Notes: generated by a model not told the origin, from the sequence alone. Positions 9,501 to 18,950 are shown, counted from the stretch's first letter. The stretch: DNA of 64,000 nt from an uncultured Acidimicrobiia bacterium (GCA_963786955.1 CAWBAT010000004.1:64001-128000); one strand, 5' to 3'. Numbers and translations: made by a program.

Positions 9501-10828
9501 AGATTGATCTGCCAGGGTGGAAGAAGGGGCGGATGCAGGAAGTGATGGCCCTGCAAGCGATCCCTCTAACCGATCCACTTTTGAAAATTTTCCAGTGCCT
9601 GGAGGCCTTGGCCAATGAAAACCAGGATCCCACAACCCTTTTGCAATCCGTGGATAACCTGGTAAGTAATTTGCGCGACGTGGATCCGACCATTTGGGAA
9701 TCAGTCCCCAAGAATTTTCAACAAAATATGATCCAGACGCATCGGGAGAAAGTCCTCCTCTCCCTCAGCGCCCTCAAAGTCTCGATCGGAAGAGGAGTAT
9801 CCCCCAACGAATGGGCAAATCTGGCAGGCAAAGTAATGCAAGAGTTACATCCCGATCTCCATATTTCTCTCTTAGGCTGGATCTACGCCTATCACTTCTC
9901 TCCCAACGATCTACTGATCAAAGAAGACCCTCTTTTTATTCGCCGGCATCGATTTCTGGCAAGTGCTTCGACTGGAAAATCAATCTGGCATGATACCGAT
10001 ATCGATTCCCTTGACCCTGATGCTGGAAGTTACCTTCGCGGAGGAGTGGCTCAAATCGCTGCTCCGGCGGGGGAGATCGGGCTCGTGTCGGATCAGACCG
10101 GGGAGGGCGTGGGCAGAGACCAAAGAGGCGCTAAACTGGCGGCCGCCCAGCTCGCGGCATTACGTGCAATTCCCTGGAGGAAATGGAATGGCCGGCAGTT
10201 ACATGATTTCTGTTCAAAAGTCCGCCTGGGAAAAGAACTCTTGGCCGAGGCCTCTTTAGATCCTGAGATTCTTACTAGGATATCCGATGACTTGCGGGTT
10301 CTGGTTGGCCCAATACGTTGTCGAATTCTCCTCCAAGGGTTGCCCGGATCGACATCTTTTGACTTAGCAGGTCTATTGAGTTCCGAGGAACTCTTTGAGT
10401 TGGCGGACGGTTACTGGAGGAAGAAGGGCCCGGCCGGATGGAGGAAAAGCCCTCTTGCCGACCAGTTAGCGCGGGAGAGAATCCTTCAGACCTCAGAATC
10501 CATTACCTGGATAGGGGGATATTACCCGCAGTCTTACGGATGTGGCCACGCGCACTTGTTCCCCCTCGGCCCTTACGAAGAATATGAGAACGTGAAAAAT
10601 CCCGAGCTCATATCTGAGCGACTCAGCCATGTCCTTTTAGACCTCGCTGAGAAAATTGATCGCCTGGGCTTGCCTTTGGAATTATTGCCGCTGCTGGCTG
10701 AGCCTGCCGTGAGACAGTTGGCCATAACGAAGGGGATGAGTGATTGGAGTGATTGGCAATCGGCTCTCGAAGGGCTTCGGGAATTGCGACTTGAACCGCT
10801 GATCTCTCACCTGCAAGAAAATCCATGA
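6569..10828 (+). CDS. Giant exported protein with N-terminal TPR-like helices and an internal 17-aa tandem repeat; function unknown (ORF open from 6488)
   Basis: Signal peptide MSVRLFNLFLFSSFLIFVMGQGVQA after GAGGAAG; TPR-like LLRADVLTKLGRPAEARKALEIAYKFTPDN; stop overlaps the VWA start (ATGA). Confidence 0.75.
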   Translation: MSVRLFNLFLFSSFLIFVMGQGVQANPTPEKDSTDLSHASSTASADAVMIQIATLVKRGLLNEAEAQLEQLYAENLDSPSIHLLRADVLTKLGRPAEARKALEIAYKFTPDNVEVLKRVAASRDAYAYQAAVVYEELAKKLENEHASPSDVHEALDRGMVVAIRDGESAMALRLSEKLRAHGRPVILQSPPNQDSSSADMLEIPGGIKALARMTGMQDPKKADTFLTQYAERLVRLHDKADYSESLQTFRSLHEYFKIVIELQSLTASSNKGLEVFLDSHDKPAQERSERILFLLGWQIKRQGTRRVVEQDDRQLLAYRKKVAEALGVNGDELKAALESGKPFTVNVHSEQVPVQISNNYWINGLLNGTRIRGGLAEAFLDTLPVAYLYVALSKLSKETQIQITQALNPKTLLKEHWRTLYLYGGALNIDNTQVETPGGGQAAEAWEHLVGADRRKISSFLNALLSKDAGRLMAFYYVMAGLPSVNQQFFTRSPRQLETFYRAFASPGKGLHGADTFLRRNTVFYDVAREMPLNDGGAVQFPGGSSVWKMRRSDAKKSETVPIPSEMRSPEEKNADSPVNVATLKKTEESKASPFPSADSLKRVDVQESSPIPSVDTLEKEDKKENSSSASVDSLEKEDEKGSTPSPSVDSLKEVSTPGSNSSPSVNRLKKFDENERDPFPSINKLKKVEIQESISVKPINSLKKTFVKESTPSPVVDSMKKVDVPVSNLFPAVDSLKKVDERESPPLPVTRIRKDGEGQQESETKILTEMFSTRDETGIQTPTRLEAFLSVVRLEKHWGHKLDESSVSLLLENYIDHREIFPYLASLPPLGTHQLQEFFQAVRNLDSLKSSELALIVGDFQCFLKLLSLLYENGAVQESQASLLLENLCQRFATATTNTEFARSSFLVLEGLKRILQSAPAAIENEKSPIPPSADGTRPGLSTPAETTNHTFDELLFEALAGVSNITRVQLDGSEIEIDLPGWKKGRMQEVMALQAIPLTDPLLKIFQCLEALANENQDPTTLLQSVDNLVSNLRDVDPTIWESVPKNFQQNMIQTHREKVLLSLSALKVSIGRGVSPNEWANLAGKVMQELHPDLHISLLGWIYAYHFSPNDLLIKEDPLFIRRHRFLASASTGKSIWHDTDIDSLDPDAGSYLRGGVAQIAAPAGEIGLVSDQTGEGVGRDQRGAKLAAAQLAALRAIPWRKWNGRQLHDFCSKVRLGKELLAEASLDPEILTRISDDLRVLVGPIRCRILLQGLPGSTSFDLAGLLSSEELFELADGYWRKKGPAGWRKSPLADQLARERILQTSESITWIGGYYPQSYGCGHAHLFPLGPYEEYENVKNPELISERLSHVLLDLAEKIDRLGLPLELLPLLAEPAVRQLAITKGMSDWSDWQSALEGLRELRLEPLISHLQENP
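8303..8812 (+). repeat. About 10 degenerate in-frame 51-bp (17-aa) tandem repeats
   Basis: PSADSLKRVDVQESSPI / PSVDTLEKEDKKENSSS / ASVDSLEKEDEKGSTPS / PSVDSLKEVSTPGSNSS / PSVNRLKKFDENERDPF / ... / PAVDSLKKVDERESPPL. Confidence 0.9.
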
Positions 10829-11700
10829 GATTGTTATTAACCGGAATTACGATATTGGTTGTTCTGATCACGGCTGTTCCCGCCCGATCTCAGGTGCAAG
10901 AGGCTCCCCTTTCCGTTAGCGTAAAACTAGTTGAGGTGTACGCCTCGGTCCTTGGCCCGAAAGGGAAGCCCGTGTCAGGACTCAAAGAGGATAACTTTCA
11001 GGTTCTTGAAGATGGTCAGAAACAGTCGATTCAATTCTTTGAATCGGAGGCGTCTGCCTTGACCGTCGCTCTATTGGTTGACAGTACCGGCAGCATTGCA
11101 CACGACCTGACGAAAATGAAGAAAGCCGGGGCAACATTCTTATCCGGAATCCGGCCGGAAGACACCTTTGGACTTTTTACTTTTACAAATCGCGTCAAAA
11201 CTCTTTATCCCTTTGGACACAATACCAATGAGGCCCTGAACGCATTCATGAAAATCGAGGCAGGCGGAAGAACCGCCTTTTATGATTCTCTGGCTCAGCT
11301 GGTCTTACAGATGAAGCCAATCCGGGGTAGGAAGGCCATCATGCTGTTGACCGATGGTGACGACAATGCCAGCTTGCTCCCGAAAAACGCCGCCATGGCG
11401 TCTGCCAAGAAAGCAAGCATTCCGATTTATCCGATCGCGATTGGTCGGGCTTGCGAAAGTAAAGTCCTTGCGAAGAGGTTGGAGGAACTCGCGTTGGCCA
11501 CTGGCGGCTTATCTTTGCAAGCACGAAAAACGGATGACTTGGTAAAGGTCTTTGACAGAATTGCTGTCGACCTCCGCAGTCTCTATTTAATGGGTTACTA
11601 CATGACAGGAGAGGTGAATACGCGTTACCGTTCCATTAGCGTCATACTCCCCCAACAACCCCACCTGAAAGTCCGAGCCAAAAAGGGCTATTGGCCTTAA
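10825..11700 (+). CDS. VWA domain protein (VWFA-related, acidobacterial type)
   Basis: Signal peptide, VSGLKEDNFQVLEDG, MIDAS LLVDSTGS, GRTAFYD, LLTDGDD, LATGG, C-terminal VRAKKGY. Confidence 0.92.
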   Translation: MRLLLTGITILVVLITAVPARSQVQEAPLSVSVKLVEVYASVLGPKGKPVSGLKEDNFQVLEDGQKQSIQFFESEASALTVALLVDSTGSIAHDLTKMKKAGATFLSGIRPEDTFGLFTFTNRVKTLYPFGHNTNEALNAFMKIEAGGRTAFYDSLAQLVLQMKPIRGRKAIMLLTDGDDNASLLPKNAAMASAKKASIPIYPIAIGRACESKVLAKRLEELALATGGLSLQARKTDDLVKVFDRIAVDLRSLYLMGYYMTGEVNTRYRSISVILPQQPHLKVRAKKGYWP

Positions 11701-11810
11701 AAAGCTCATTCGAACGCCCGTGGCCCTAATAATCTGGATTGACTAGTATTCCTCTATTCTTTAGGATTAAAAGTTCTGCCGGATCGTCGCGTTTAACTGT
11801 GTCTCTGCTC

Positions 11811-13280
11811 ATGAAACTTCATCCATTTTTTTGCCTGATTGTCATCCTCGGCTGGCTGGTTGTCGCTCCGTTTGCTTTCGCCCAGAATCCATCGGTGGTA
11901 ATCCAGCCGGACATCCGGGTCTTTGCAGTGATGTCCGGTCTCCATGTAGCCGGGTGGAATCCTGGCAATCTTAAGCCTAACCCGGCACGGACATCGATTC
12001 TGCAGGACTTGCAAAATGTTCCTCCCGATCTCAAAGCACGCCTCACCAAGTTTTATGACGACCATCTCGACGGCAAGAAAGCGGAATCTCAACTCTCCAA
12101 GTACATTTCTTTGGCTCTGTTTTCAGAAGGACCTCCAGATTTCAAACTGTCCTTGGACGCCAGCAAACTGCCTCCCGATGTCATGCCGATCGCAGAGTTC
12201 ATGGCGTTAACGAAAGAACTCTATGGTGCAGCCAAGTTGGAAGCTGTTTGGAGTTCTAACCGGGAATTTTATGATCTGGCCGTCGCGACCTATCGACCTT
12301 TAATTAGCGAGATCATTTTGAAAACAGATGGTTACCTGCGCATCGTTTCAGGATCCTTTCTGGATCGAAGACTCTTGATCATTCCGGAGTATTTGATTCC
12401 TCAAAATAACTTTGACGCTCGCACCTATCGGGAGATTTACTACCTCGTATTCGGTCCTTCCGAAAGACCTGCAATGGACGAATTGCGTCATCAGTATCTC
12501 CATTTTATATTGGACCCTTTTCCCATGCGTTTCCCTCTCCCGAAAGAAACCCGCAGTGCCTTGTTAGTGCTGGCGGGAAAGGTTCCCGATATTGAGGATC
12601 AATACCGAGATGACCAACAATTTCTGGTTACGGAGAGCCTGATTCGTGCCATTGAGCTACGGATCAATAAAGTCCCCGAGCCTAAACTCACCGCGGAACT
12701 CGATGCCTCAATTCGTTCCGGTGCCTTGCTGACTCGTCACTTTTATACTTCCCTTCAGTTATTTGAGACGAGTCCCGAAGGGATTCGCATTTTCTATCCC
12801 GGGATGATTAAAGGCATCCGGATGGAAAAAATTGAGGCAGAGTTCGCCCAAGCACCGAAGACTCCTGTTGAAAAGAAACCGGAGCCCAGTGCGCTCGAAC
12901 TCCAATTGAAATCCGCCAATGAGCAGTTGGCAAATGGTGTAATCGAGAACGCGGCGGAACAGTTTCAAAAGATCCTCGATACAGCGGATGCAAATAATGG
13001 GGAAGCGCTCTATGGACTGGGAGTGGTTGCTGCAATGCAGAGCAAGCGGGACCAGGCCAAGGATTACTTTTTTAAGGCCCTACAATCTCCATCGAGTGAC
13101 AGTGCGACTAAGGTATGGTCTCATATATTCCTGGGCCGGATGGAAGATCTGGAACTCAACCGGAGCGGGGCGATCGAACATTACCAGGCTGCGATTCAGT
13201 TGGGAGACAACAGCAGAAACGCTCAAGTTGTCGCCCAGAAAGGCCTGAAGGAACCTTTCAGCCCGAAGAGTGACCACTGA
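11811..13280 (+). CDS. Exported protein with a degenerate zincin-like motif and C-terminal TPRs
   Basis: Signal peptide ending AFA-Q; LRHQYLHFILDP; TPR-like GEALYGLGVVAAMQSKRDQAKDYFFKAL and SHIFLGRMEDLELNRSGAIEHYQAAI (ORF open from 11739). Confidence 0.75.
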   Translation: MKLHPFFCLIVILGWLVVAPFAFAQNPSVVIQPDIRVFAVMSGLHVAGWNPGNLKPNPARTSILQDLQNVPPDLKARLTKFYDDHLDGKKAESQLSKYISLALFSEGPPDFKLSLDASKLPPDVMPIAEFMALTKELYGAAKLEAVWSSNREFYDLAVATYRPLISEIILKTDGYLRIVSGSFLDRRLLIIPEYLIPQNNFDARTYREIYYLVFGPSERPAMDELRHQYLHFILDPFPMRFPLPKETRSALLVLAGKVPDIEDQYRDDQQFLVTESLIRAIELRINKVPEPKLTAELDASIRSGALLTRHFYTSLQLFETSPEGIRIFYPGMIKGIRMEKIEAEFAQAPKTPVEKKPEPSALELQLKSANEQLANGVIENAAEQFQKILDTADANNGEALYGLGVVAAMQSKRDQAKDYFFKALQSPSSDSATKVWSHIFLGRMEDLELNRSGAIEHYQAAIQLGDNSRNAQVVAQKGLKEPFSPKSDH

Positions 13281-13309
13281 ATCTTTGATCCCTGACGCGA
13301 TCTTATTTG

Positions 13310-14044
13310 ATGAAAAGAGACGACGAATTCAATAGCGAGATCAGAACGCTCGAGCAACTCCTCGGCCATACTTTTAAGCATCGCAATCTCCTGGAACTGG
13401 CGCTTACCCACAGTTCAGCGGCACACGAACGCAAAGACTCACCGTCGAAGGATAACGAGCAATTCGAGTTCTTGGGTGATTCGGTGCTTGGACTCATTAT
13501 CAGCGATTATCTTTTCCGTCACTTTCACCATTTGAATGAAGGGGAACTATCCAAGCTTCGCGCCCACCTGGTCAGCTCTGCCAACCTTTTCAAGCTGACG
13601 CGCCAATTGAACTTAGGCGACTTTCTGATCTTGGGAAAAGGCGAAGAAAAAACCGGCGGGAGAAAGAAGCAGGCCGTTTTGGCCGATGCATTTGAGGCTG
13701 TGGTGGCGGCTGTTTTCTTAGATGGAGGCTTGCTCGCGGCTCGTCGCTTTGTTTACCGGGTCTTCAAAGCGGATTTCCAGGCTGCCGAAAGCGGACAACT
13801 CCATTCTCCGGATTTCAAATCACAACTGCAGGAAAAGTTACAGGCTCTGCGAATCGCCAACGCGGAATATTCTGTCATTAAAGAGATGGGACCGGACCAT
13901 CGAAAATCTTTCTGGGTCGAATTGCGGGTCAATGGCAAAAGATTGAGCGAAGGGCTCGGAGACACCAAGAAACTGGCTGAACAAGAAGCTGCGCGACTGG
14001 CATTGGGGAGATTAAAACAACCTTTCGCCGACAGTGGATTGTAA
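13310..14044 (+). CDS. rnc: Ribonuclease III
   Basis: ALTHSS, NEQFEFLGDSVLG signature, LADAFEAVVAAVFLDGG, C-terminal dsRBD (KSQLQE...GPDH...KKLAEQEAA). Confidence 0.97.
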   Translation: MKRDDEFNSEIRTLEQLLGHTFKHRNLLELALTHSSAAHERKDSPSKDNEQFEFLGDSVLGLIISDYLFRHFHHLNEGELSKLRAHLVSSANLFKLTRQLNLGDFLILGKGEEKTGGRKKQAVLADAFEAVVAAVFLDGGLLAARRFVYRVFKADFQAAESGQLHSPDFKSQLQEKLQALRIANAEYSVIKEMGPDHRKSFWVELRVNGKRLSEGLGDTKKLAEQEAARLALGRLKQPFADSGL

Positions 14045-14146
14045 CCCAAACGAAGCTTCTGCCATCCCGGCCATGTGGCACCCATCATTTGGGCTGCTCC
14101 CTCAAGATCCAGGAGGGTAGCGGTCTTAAAGGATCGTAACCATCTC

Positions 14147-14905
14147 ATGCAATCCACGCTCCGTGAATATTTTGAAAGTTTAGTCGTGACCATTATCTTG
14201 GCCCTTTTTGGAACGACTTTCGTTGTCCAGGCTTACAAGATCCCCACCCCATCGATGGCAGACAACTTGCTCGTTGGCGACCATTTGCTCGTCAATAAAT
14301 TTGTGTACGCTAAGCCTGACCCCGGGATTGGCAAGATGCTTCCCTATCGAGAGATCAAACGCGGCGATGTCATTGTGTTTAAATACCCCGAAGACCTCTC
14401 GAAAAATTACGTGAAGCGGGCCATCGGTGTGCCTGGAGATCGTATCCGGGTAGAAAATCAAACGGTATTTCTCAACGACGTTCCTCTTGACGAAAAGTAT
14501 GTGTTTCACAAGTCTCCTGGATCTTTAAGCCAGCCAGTAAGAGATAATTTCCCGATTCAAAAAGAACAGATGACTCGTTTTGCTGATTACCAGCAGAACA
14601 AAGATATTTTTGATAGCTATTTGTTCTACCGGCCTTTTATTGAAGGGAAAGATGTGGTTGTTCCTCCAGGATCTTACTTTGCGATGGGGGACAATCGGGA
14701 CAATAGCGCGGATAGCCGGTACTGGGGGTTCGTCCCGCGGAAGAATATTGTCGGCCGCGCTCTCCTCATTTACTGGTCCTATGAAACCGATGAATACGAG
14801 CATTTACGAGAATCCTTCCTGGACCGCGTGGGCCAATATGCCGACGTCGTGATTAATTTTTTTAAGAAAACGCGCTGGAATAGGACCTTTAAGGTAGTCC
14901 GATGA
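14147..14905 (+). CDS. lepB: Signal peptidase I
   Basis: TM helix, IPTPSM (catalytic Ser), YVKRAIGVPGD (Lys), MGDNRDNSADSRYWG; start uncertain (ORF open from 14075). Confidence 0.95.
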   Translation: MQSTLREYFESLVVTIILALFGTTFVVQAYKIPTPSMADNLLVGDHLLVNKFVYAKPDPGIGKMLPYREIKRGDVIVFKYPEDLSKNYVKRAIGVPGDRIRVENQTVFLNDVPLDEKYVFHKSPGSLSQPVRDNFPIQKEQMTRFADYQQNKDIFDSYLFYRPFIEGKDVVVPPGSYFAMGDNRDNSADSRYWGFVPRKNIVGRALLIYWSYETDEYEHLRESFLDRVGQYADVVINFFKKTRWNRTFKVVR

Positions 14906-15519
14906 AAAAAACATTATTCATTCTGTCCTTTTGTTTGCTCCTCGGTCTGGGGATATGGGTTGCCTTGTTTCTGCACTCGGGAGCCTCCGGAACCTCAGCG
15001 ATTCCGAGTCAGGCGGCCGCCAATTCGTTTTCCAAGAAGCTCTCCTTATTGACTAGCGAGAAGACAAAGCCTGTCTCACGCACTCTCGAATTTAGCCAGA
15101 CTGAACTGGATGGCTATCTTTTTCACCAGGTCACTCCTCTCTTTCCCAAGGGACTCCAAGACGTGAGAATCCAGCTCTTAGACGGATCTCTCGTGGCAAA
15201 CTCAAAAATCAATTTTGATGAATATGAGAAATCAACCGCGGGAGCGAAAAACTCTCTATTGAGTGCCTTATTGAGCGGAGAGCACACTCTCGATGTTTTC
15301 GCAGAATTTAAGTCCGAAAACCGGAATGGATCCTATGAAATTTCCAAGGTCTTGCTGGACCAGAAAGAGATCCCCAAACCTCTCGTTGACATTCTCATCC
15401 AGAAGTATGTTGTCCCCAAATACCCCGCGGCCAAGCCGAACAGTCCTTTCCCGCTCCCCTACCGAATTGAAAAAATGGACATTTTGCGCGGGAAACTCGT
15501 TGTCCACCAAACGCCCTAA
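14902..15519 (+). CDS. Membrane-anchored hypothetical protein
   Basis: 205-aa ORF with an N-terminal TM/signal; start overlaps the lepB stop (ATGA). Confidence 0.75.
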   Translation: MKKTLFILSFCLLLGLGIWVALFLHSGASGTSAIPSQAAANSFSKKLSLLTSEKTKPVSRTLEFSQTELDGYLFHQVTPLFPKGLQDVRIQLLDGSLVANSKINFDEYEKSTAGAKNSLLSALLSGEHTLDVFAEFKSENRNGSYEISKVLLDQKEIPKPLVDILIQKYVVPKYPAAKPNSPFPLPYRIEKMDILRGKLVVHQTP

Positions 15520-15622
15520 CACTTGCACTCAAGTTAGGTCGCAGAAGAATAGACTATTTGAGATCTTGTCTTAAAGCATGAATCACTTTTATACCAAGTC
15601 GCATTCAAACGGTGACAGTCTG

Positions 15623-15778
15623 AATTCCCCTCCGCTGAAGGGAAGGTGTGAAGGGGGGGTCGTCAGTGACGAAAAGCGGGCAAAATGCCCCTGCTCCCAG
15701 TGTTAATCATACCCACCCCTGAGAGCTAATGACGAGTGAAGGCTTCTCAATCCTTCACTCCCCTCCCGAGGGGACTTG
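15623..15778. repeat. Degenerate CCCCT..AGGGG palindromic intergenic element
   Basis: TTCCCCTCCGCTGAAGGGAAGG...GGGGGG and TCCCCTCCCGAGGGGA; related motifs at 33043-33110 and 52790-52990. Confidence 0.4.
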
Positions 15779-15840
15779 TTTCGATCTTCAAGGAAATCTT
15801 CCTGTGCCGAAAAAATTCCCAGGGAAAAGCCGGAAACATC

Positions 15841-17067
15841 ATGAGCGATAAGACCATTGTCGTCTTGGCAACGTTGGACACCAAAGGGACTGAAGCCCGT
15901 TATGTCTGCGAACAAATTGAGCAGACGGGAAACAAAGCCTTGCTTATAGACACCAGCGTGGTCGGAATTCCAGCGACCCGGCCCGACATCACTCGCGAAG
16001 AAGTGGCTGCGGCTGGTGGATTGGAACTACACAAGATTCTAGAAAATCCGACCCGGGAATTAGCCTCGCCCATTATGGCTCAGGGAGCAACTCGGATTGT
16101 CGTGGATCTGGTCACCAAGGGGCAGGTGCATGGAGTGATATCGCTCGGTGGCACTCAAGGCACCACTCTGAGCACGAAGGTCATGCGGGCATTACCGTAT
16201 GGTTTCCCTAAGGTGATGGTCTCGACGATCGCCTCTGGAAACGTTGCTCCCTGGGTCGATATCAAAGACATTACCATGATGTTCTCCGTCACAGACATTC
16301 TCGGCCTCAATGTGGTCACCCGGAAGATTCTGGCCAATGCCGCCGCAGCAGTCAGTGGAATGGCAAACACCGATGTCGAAATTAAGCATGGCGCCAAACC
16401 CTTAGTCGCCGTCACTACGGTGGGGATTACAACACGGGGCGCGATGAAAGCAGTCGAAACGTTGGAACACGCGGGATACGACACAATCGTGTTTCATGCG
16501 ATCGGCCCTGGCGGGCGAGCCATGGAACAGATGATGCGGGAAGGACTGATCAGTGCGGTGCTGGACTACTCGACGATCGAGGTCTCGAACGAAATGTTTC
16601 ATGCCCTGCTCGCGGGTGGGCCGGACCGCCTGACGACCGCCGGCAAGCTGGGGCTGCCGCAAGTCATCTGCCCCGGCGCAATTGAGGTCCTGGTCTTTAA
16701 TGAACCCGAGACGGTTCCCTCCAAATACAAGAGTCGCACACTCATTCGCCACAGCCCACAGATTACCGATGTTCGGTTAGAAAAAGAAGAGATGGTGGAA
16801 GTAGGCAAAGAGATCGTCCGACGTCTCCAACATACCAAAGGTAAGGCCGTTTTCTTGATCCCCTCATTAGGTTTTGATAGTTACTCGGTGAAAGGTCAGA
16901 GCTTCTATGATCCCGAAGCAGACGCCGCATTCGTGGCCGAACTAAAGAAAGGCTTGTCCCCTAATATTAAGATCGTCGAGCTTAATGCCGCAATCGATGA
17001 CCCCGTCTTCGCAACCGAAGCAGCCCGCATGCTGATTGCGTTGATGGAATCACGAACTCACTCATAG
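15841..17067 (+). CDS. Tm-1-like ATP-binding domain protein (UPF0261)
   Basis: ATLDTKGTEA, ISLGGTQGT, MRALPYGFPKVMVST, MMFSVTDILGLN, VFHAIGPGGRAME, FYDPEADAAF. Confidence 0.93.
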   Translation: MSDKTIVVLATLDTKGTEARYVCEQIEQTGNKALLIDTSVVGIPATRPDITREEVAAAGGLELHKILENPTRELASPIMAQGATRIVVDLVTKGQVHGVISLGGTQGTTLSTKVMRALPYGFPKVMVSTIASGNVAPWVDIKDITMMFSVTDILGLNVVTRKILANAAAAVSGMANTDVEIKHGAKPLVAVTTVGITTRGAMKAVETLEHAGYDTIVFHAIGPGGRAMEQMMREGLISAVLDYSTIEVSNEMFHALLAGGPDRLTTAGKLGLPQVICPGAIEVLVFNEPETVPSKYKSRTLIRHSPQITDVRLEKEEMVEVGKEIVRRLQHTKGKAVFLIPSLGFDSYSVKGQSFYDPEADAAFVAELKKGLSPNIKIVELNAAIDDPVFATEAARMLIALMESRTHS

Positions 17068-17076
17068 GAGAGAAGC

Positions 17077-17940
17077 ATGGCACAACGCTACACACGCCAG
17101 GAATTCCTCGATCGCCTTTGGCTAGAAATCAGGAGTGGCAGGCCGTTGGTGATGACTGGCGCCGGAAACGGGATTGCCGCGAAATTCATTGAACGAGGAG
17201 GAGTTGATATCTTGGGGGTCTACAACACAGGGTACTTCCGGATGCAAGGCTACGGTTCACTGGCGGGTATGCTCCCCATGGCGGACGCCAACGAACTGGT
17301 TTTTCAGATGGGCAGGAGAGAAATTCTTCCCCAGGTCAAAGAAGTTCCCGTCATCGCAGGAGTCAACGGCGTCGACGTTTTGCGCGATATGCGACTCTTC
17401 CTGGAAGATTGCAAACGGATCGGGTTTTCGGGAGTGCATAATTTCCCGACCGTCGCCTGGTTTGACGGAGAATTCCGCAAGACTCTGGAAGGGACCGGCT
17501 TGGGTTATCAACTGGAGATTGACATGCTGAATATCGCGCACAAACTCGACTTGCTCACGATCGGTTACGCCTTTTGTGAGGAGGATAGCGAAAAACTGAT
17601 GCGCGAGGCCGCTCCGGATATTTTTATCTATCATGCCGGAATCACACGGGGAGGGGCAACCGGATACGGAGAGGGACAGTCCCTGGCAGACACGGCGACC
17701 CGCAGCCAGATTCATTATGATATCGCCAAGAAAATCAAATCGAATGTGATCCTGTTGGCGCATGGTGCCGCTCTGACGAATCCGGAAGATGCTCAATTCA
17801 TGTTGGATCACACAGATTGTCACGGAGTACAGCTGGGATCGAGCATTGAGCGATTGGCGATCGAGCAGCCACTCGAAGAACGCGCCAGATCTTTTAAGGG
17901 GGCTCATTTTAGGCAAAGCGGCAAACCGCGATCACGCTGA
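17077..17940 (+). CDS. Phosphoenolpyruvate hydrolase-like TIM-barrel protein (Tm-1 C-terminal homolog)
   Basis: GAGNGIAAKF, YNTGYFRMQGYGSLAGMLPMADAN, GFSGVHNFPTV, LAHGAAL, GSSIERL. Confidence 0.92.
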   Translation: MAQRYTRQEFLDRLWLEIRSGRPLVMTGAGNGIAAKFIERGGVDILGVYNTGYFRMQGYGSLAGMLPMADANELVFQMGRREILPQVKEVPVIAGVNGVDVLRDMRLFLEDCKRIGFSGVHNFPTVAWFDGEFRKTLEGTGLGYQLEIDMLNIAHKLDLLTIGYAFCEEDSEKLMREAAPDIFIYHAGITRGGATGYGEGQSLADTATRSQIHYDIAKKIKSNVILLAHGAALTNPEDAQFMLDHTDCHGVQLGSSIERLAIEQPLEERARSFKGAHFRQSGKPRSR

Positions 17941-18050
17941 GGTCGCTATCCCGCTGTTCAGCGCGTTTTTTATAGGTTTCAAGGCTTCAGCTTATCAGGA
18001 AGGCTGTATGCCCCGTTGAGAGCCTTGTGCTGGAGAACTAAGGAAGAACT

Positions 18051-18950
18051 ATGCCACTGGTTTCATTTCAGGACTTAATGAGAGAGGCTGAGTCCGGCAA
18101 CTATGCTGTGGGTTATTTTGAGAGCTGGAATCTGGAATCTCTCCTGGCTGTTGCCGACGCAGCTACCCGGATGCGCTCCCCGGTCATCCTGGGATTCAGT
18201 GGAATTCACCTCCCCGATATTGAGCGAGGAGATGACGATCGGCTCCGTATGTATGCCGCGCTGGGGAGCGAGTTATGCCGGCAACTTCCGGTTGCGGCCT
18301 GCCTGCTCTTCAATGAATCTCCACATTACGAATGGGTCATGAAAGCCATTGAGGTTGGATTCGGCCTCGTGATGTTCACCGATGAAAATCTCGCGGCGGC
18401 GGACCTACGGGATAAGGTACGCCAGGTGGTAGAAAAGGCTCACACCACTGGCGTCGCGGTTGAAGGTGAGATGATGTCTCTGGCTGGCGTTAATGGCCAA
18501 CTGGCTGTCCTCCCGGAAGACCTCCGCTTGACCGACCCCAGCCTCGCTCAATCATTTATAGAAGACACCGGTATTGATGCCCTCGCTGTCAATATTGGAC
18601 AGGCTCATGTCCACGGGCGACGCGAGTTACCCCTGAATTTATCGAGACTCACCGAGATCCGGCAAACCGTTTCTGTCCCGTTAGTCCTGCACGGAGCAAC
18701 TTCCATTGACCGAGGGTATCTTCAACAAGCCATCCAATTGGGCATTCGGAAGATTAATGTCGGAAGTATCCTCAAGAGAACATTCTTTGACACGGTTCGC
18801 AACCGCTCGTCGAAGGTTGGCATGGACTATAATCCCTACGATGTTGTGGGGTCAGGGCTCGATACCGATGTTCTGGCCGCAGGACGAGACGCAGTCCGGA
18901 AAGCAGTGGAAAATCTGATGGGTTTGTTTGGCAGCGCGGGAAAAGGCTGA
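18051..18950 (+). CDS. Class II fructose-bisphosphate aldolase family protein, atypical
   Basis: YAVGYF, SPVILG, GVAVEGE, TGIDALAVNIGQAH, VPLVLHGAT, GIRKINVG; the canonical HLDH appears replaced by LFNE. Confidence 0.88.
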   Translation: MPLVSFQDLMREAESGNYAVGYFESWNLESLLAVADAATRMRSPVILGFSGIHLPDIERGDDDRLRMYAALGSELCRQLPVAACLLFNESPHYEWVMKAIEVGFGLVMFTDENLAAADLRDKVRQVVEKAHTTGVAVEGEMMSLAGVNGQLAVLPEDLRLTDPSLAQSFIEDTGIDALAVNIGQAHVHGRRELPLNLSRLTEIRQTVSVPLVLHGATSIDRGYLQQAIQLGIRKINVGSILKRTFFDTVRNRSSKVGMDYNPYDVVGSGLDTDVLAAGRDAVRKAVENLMGLFGSAGKG

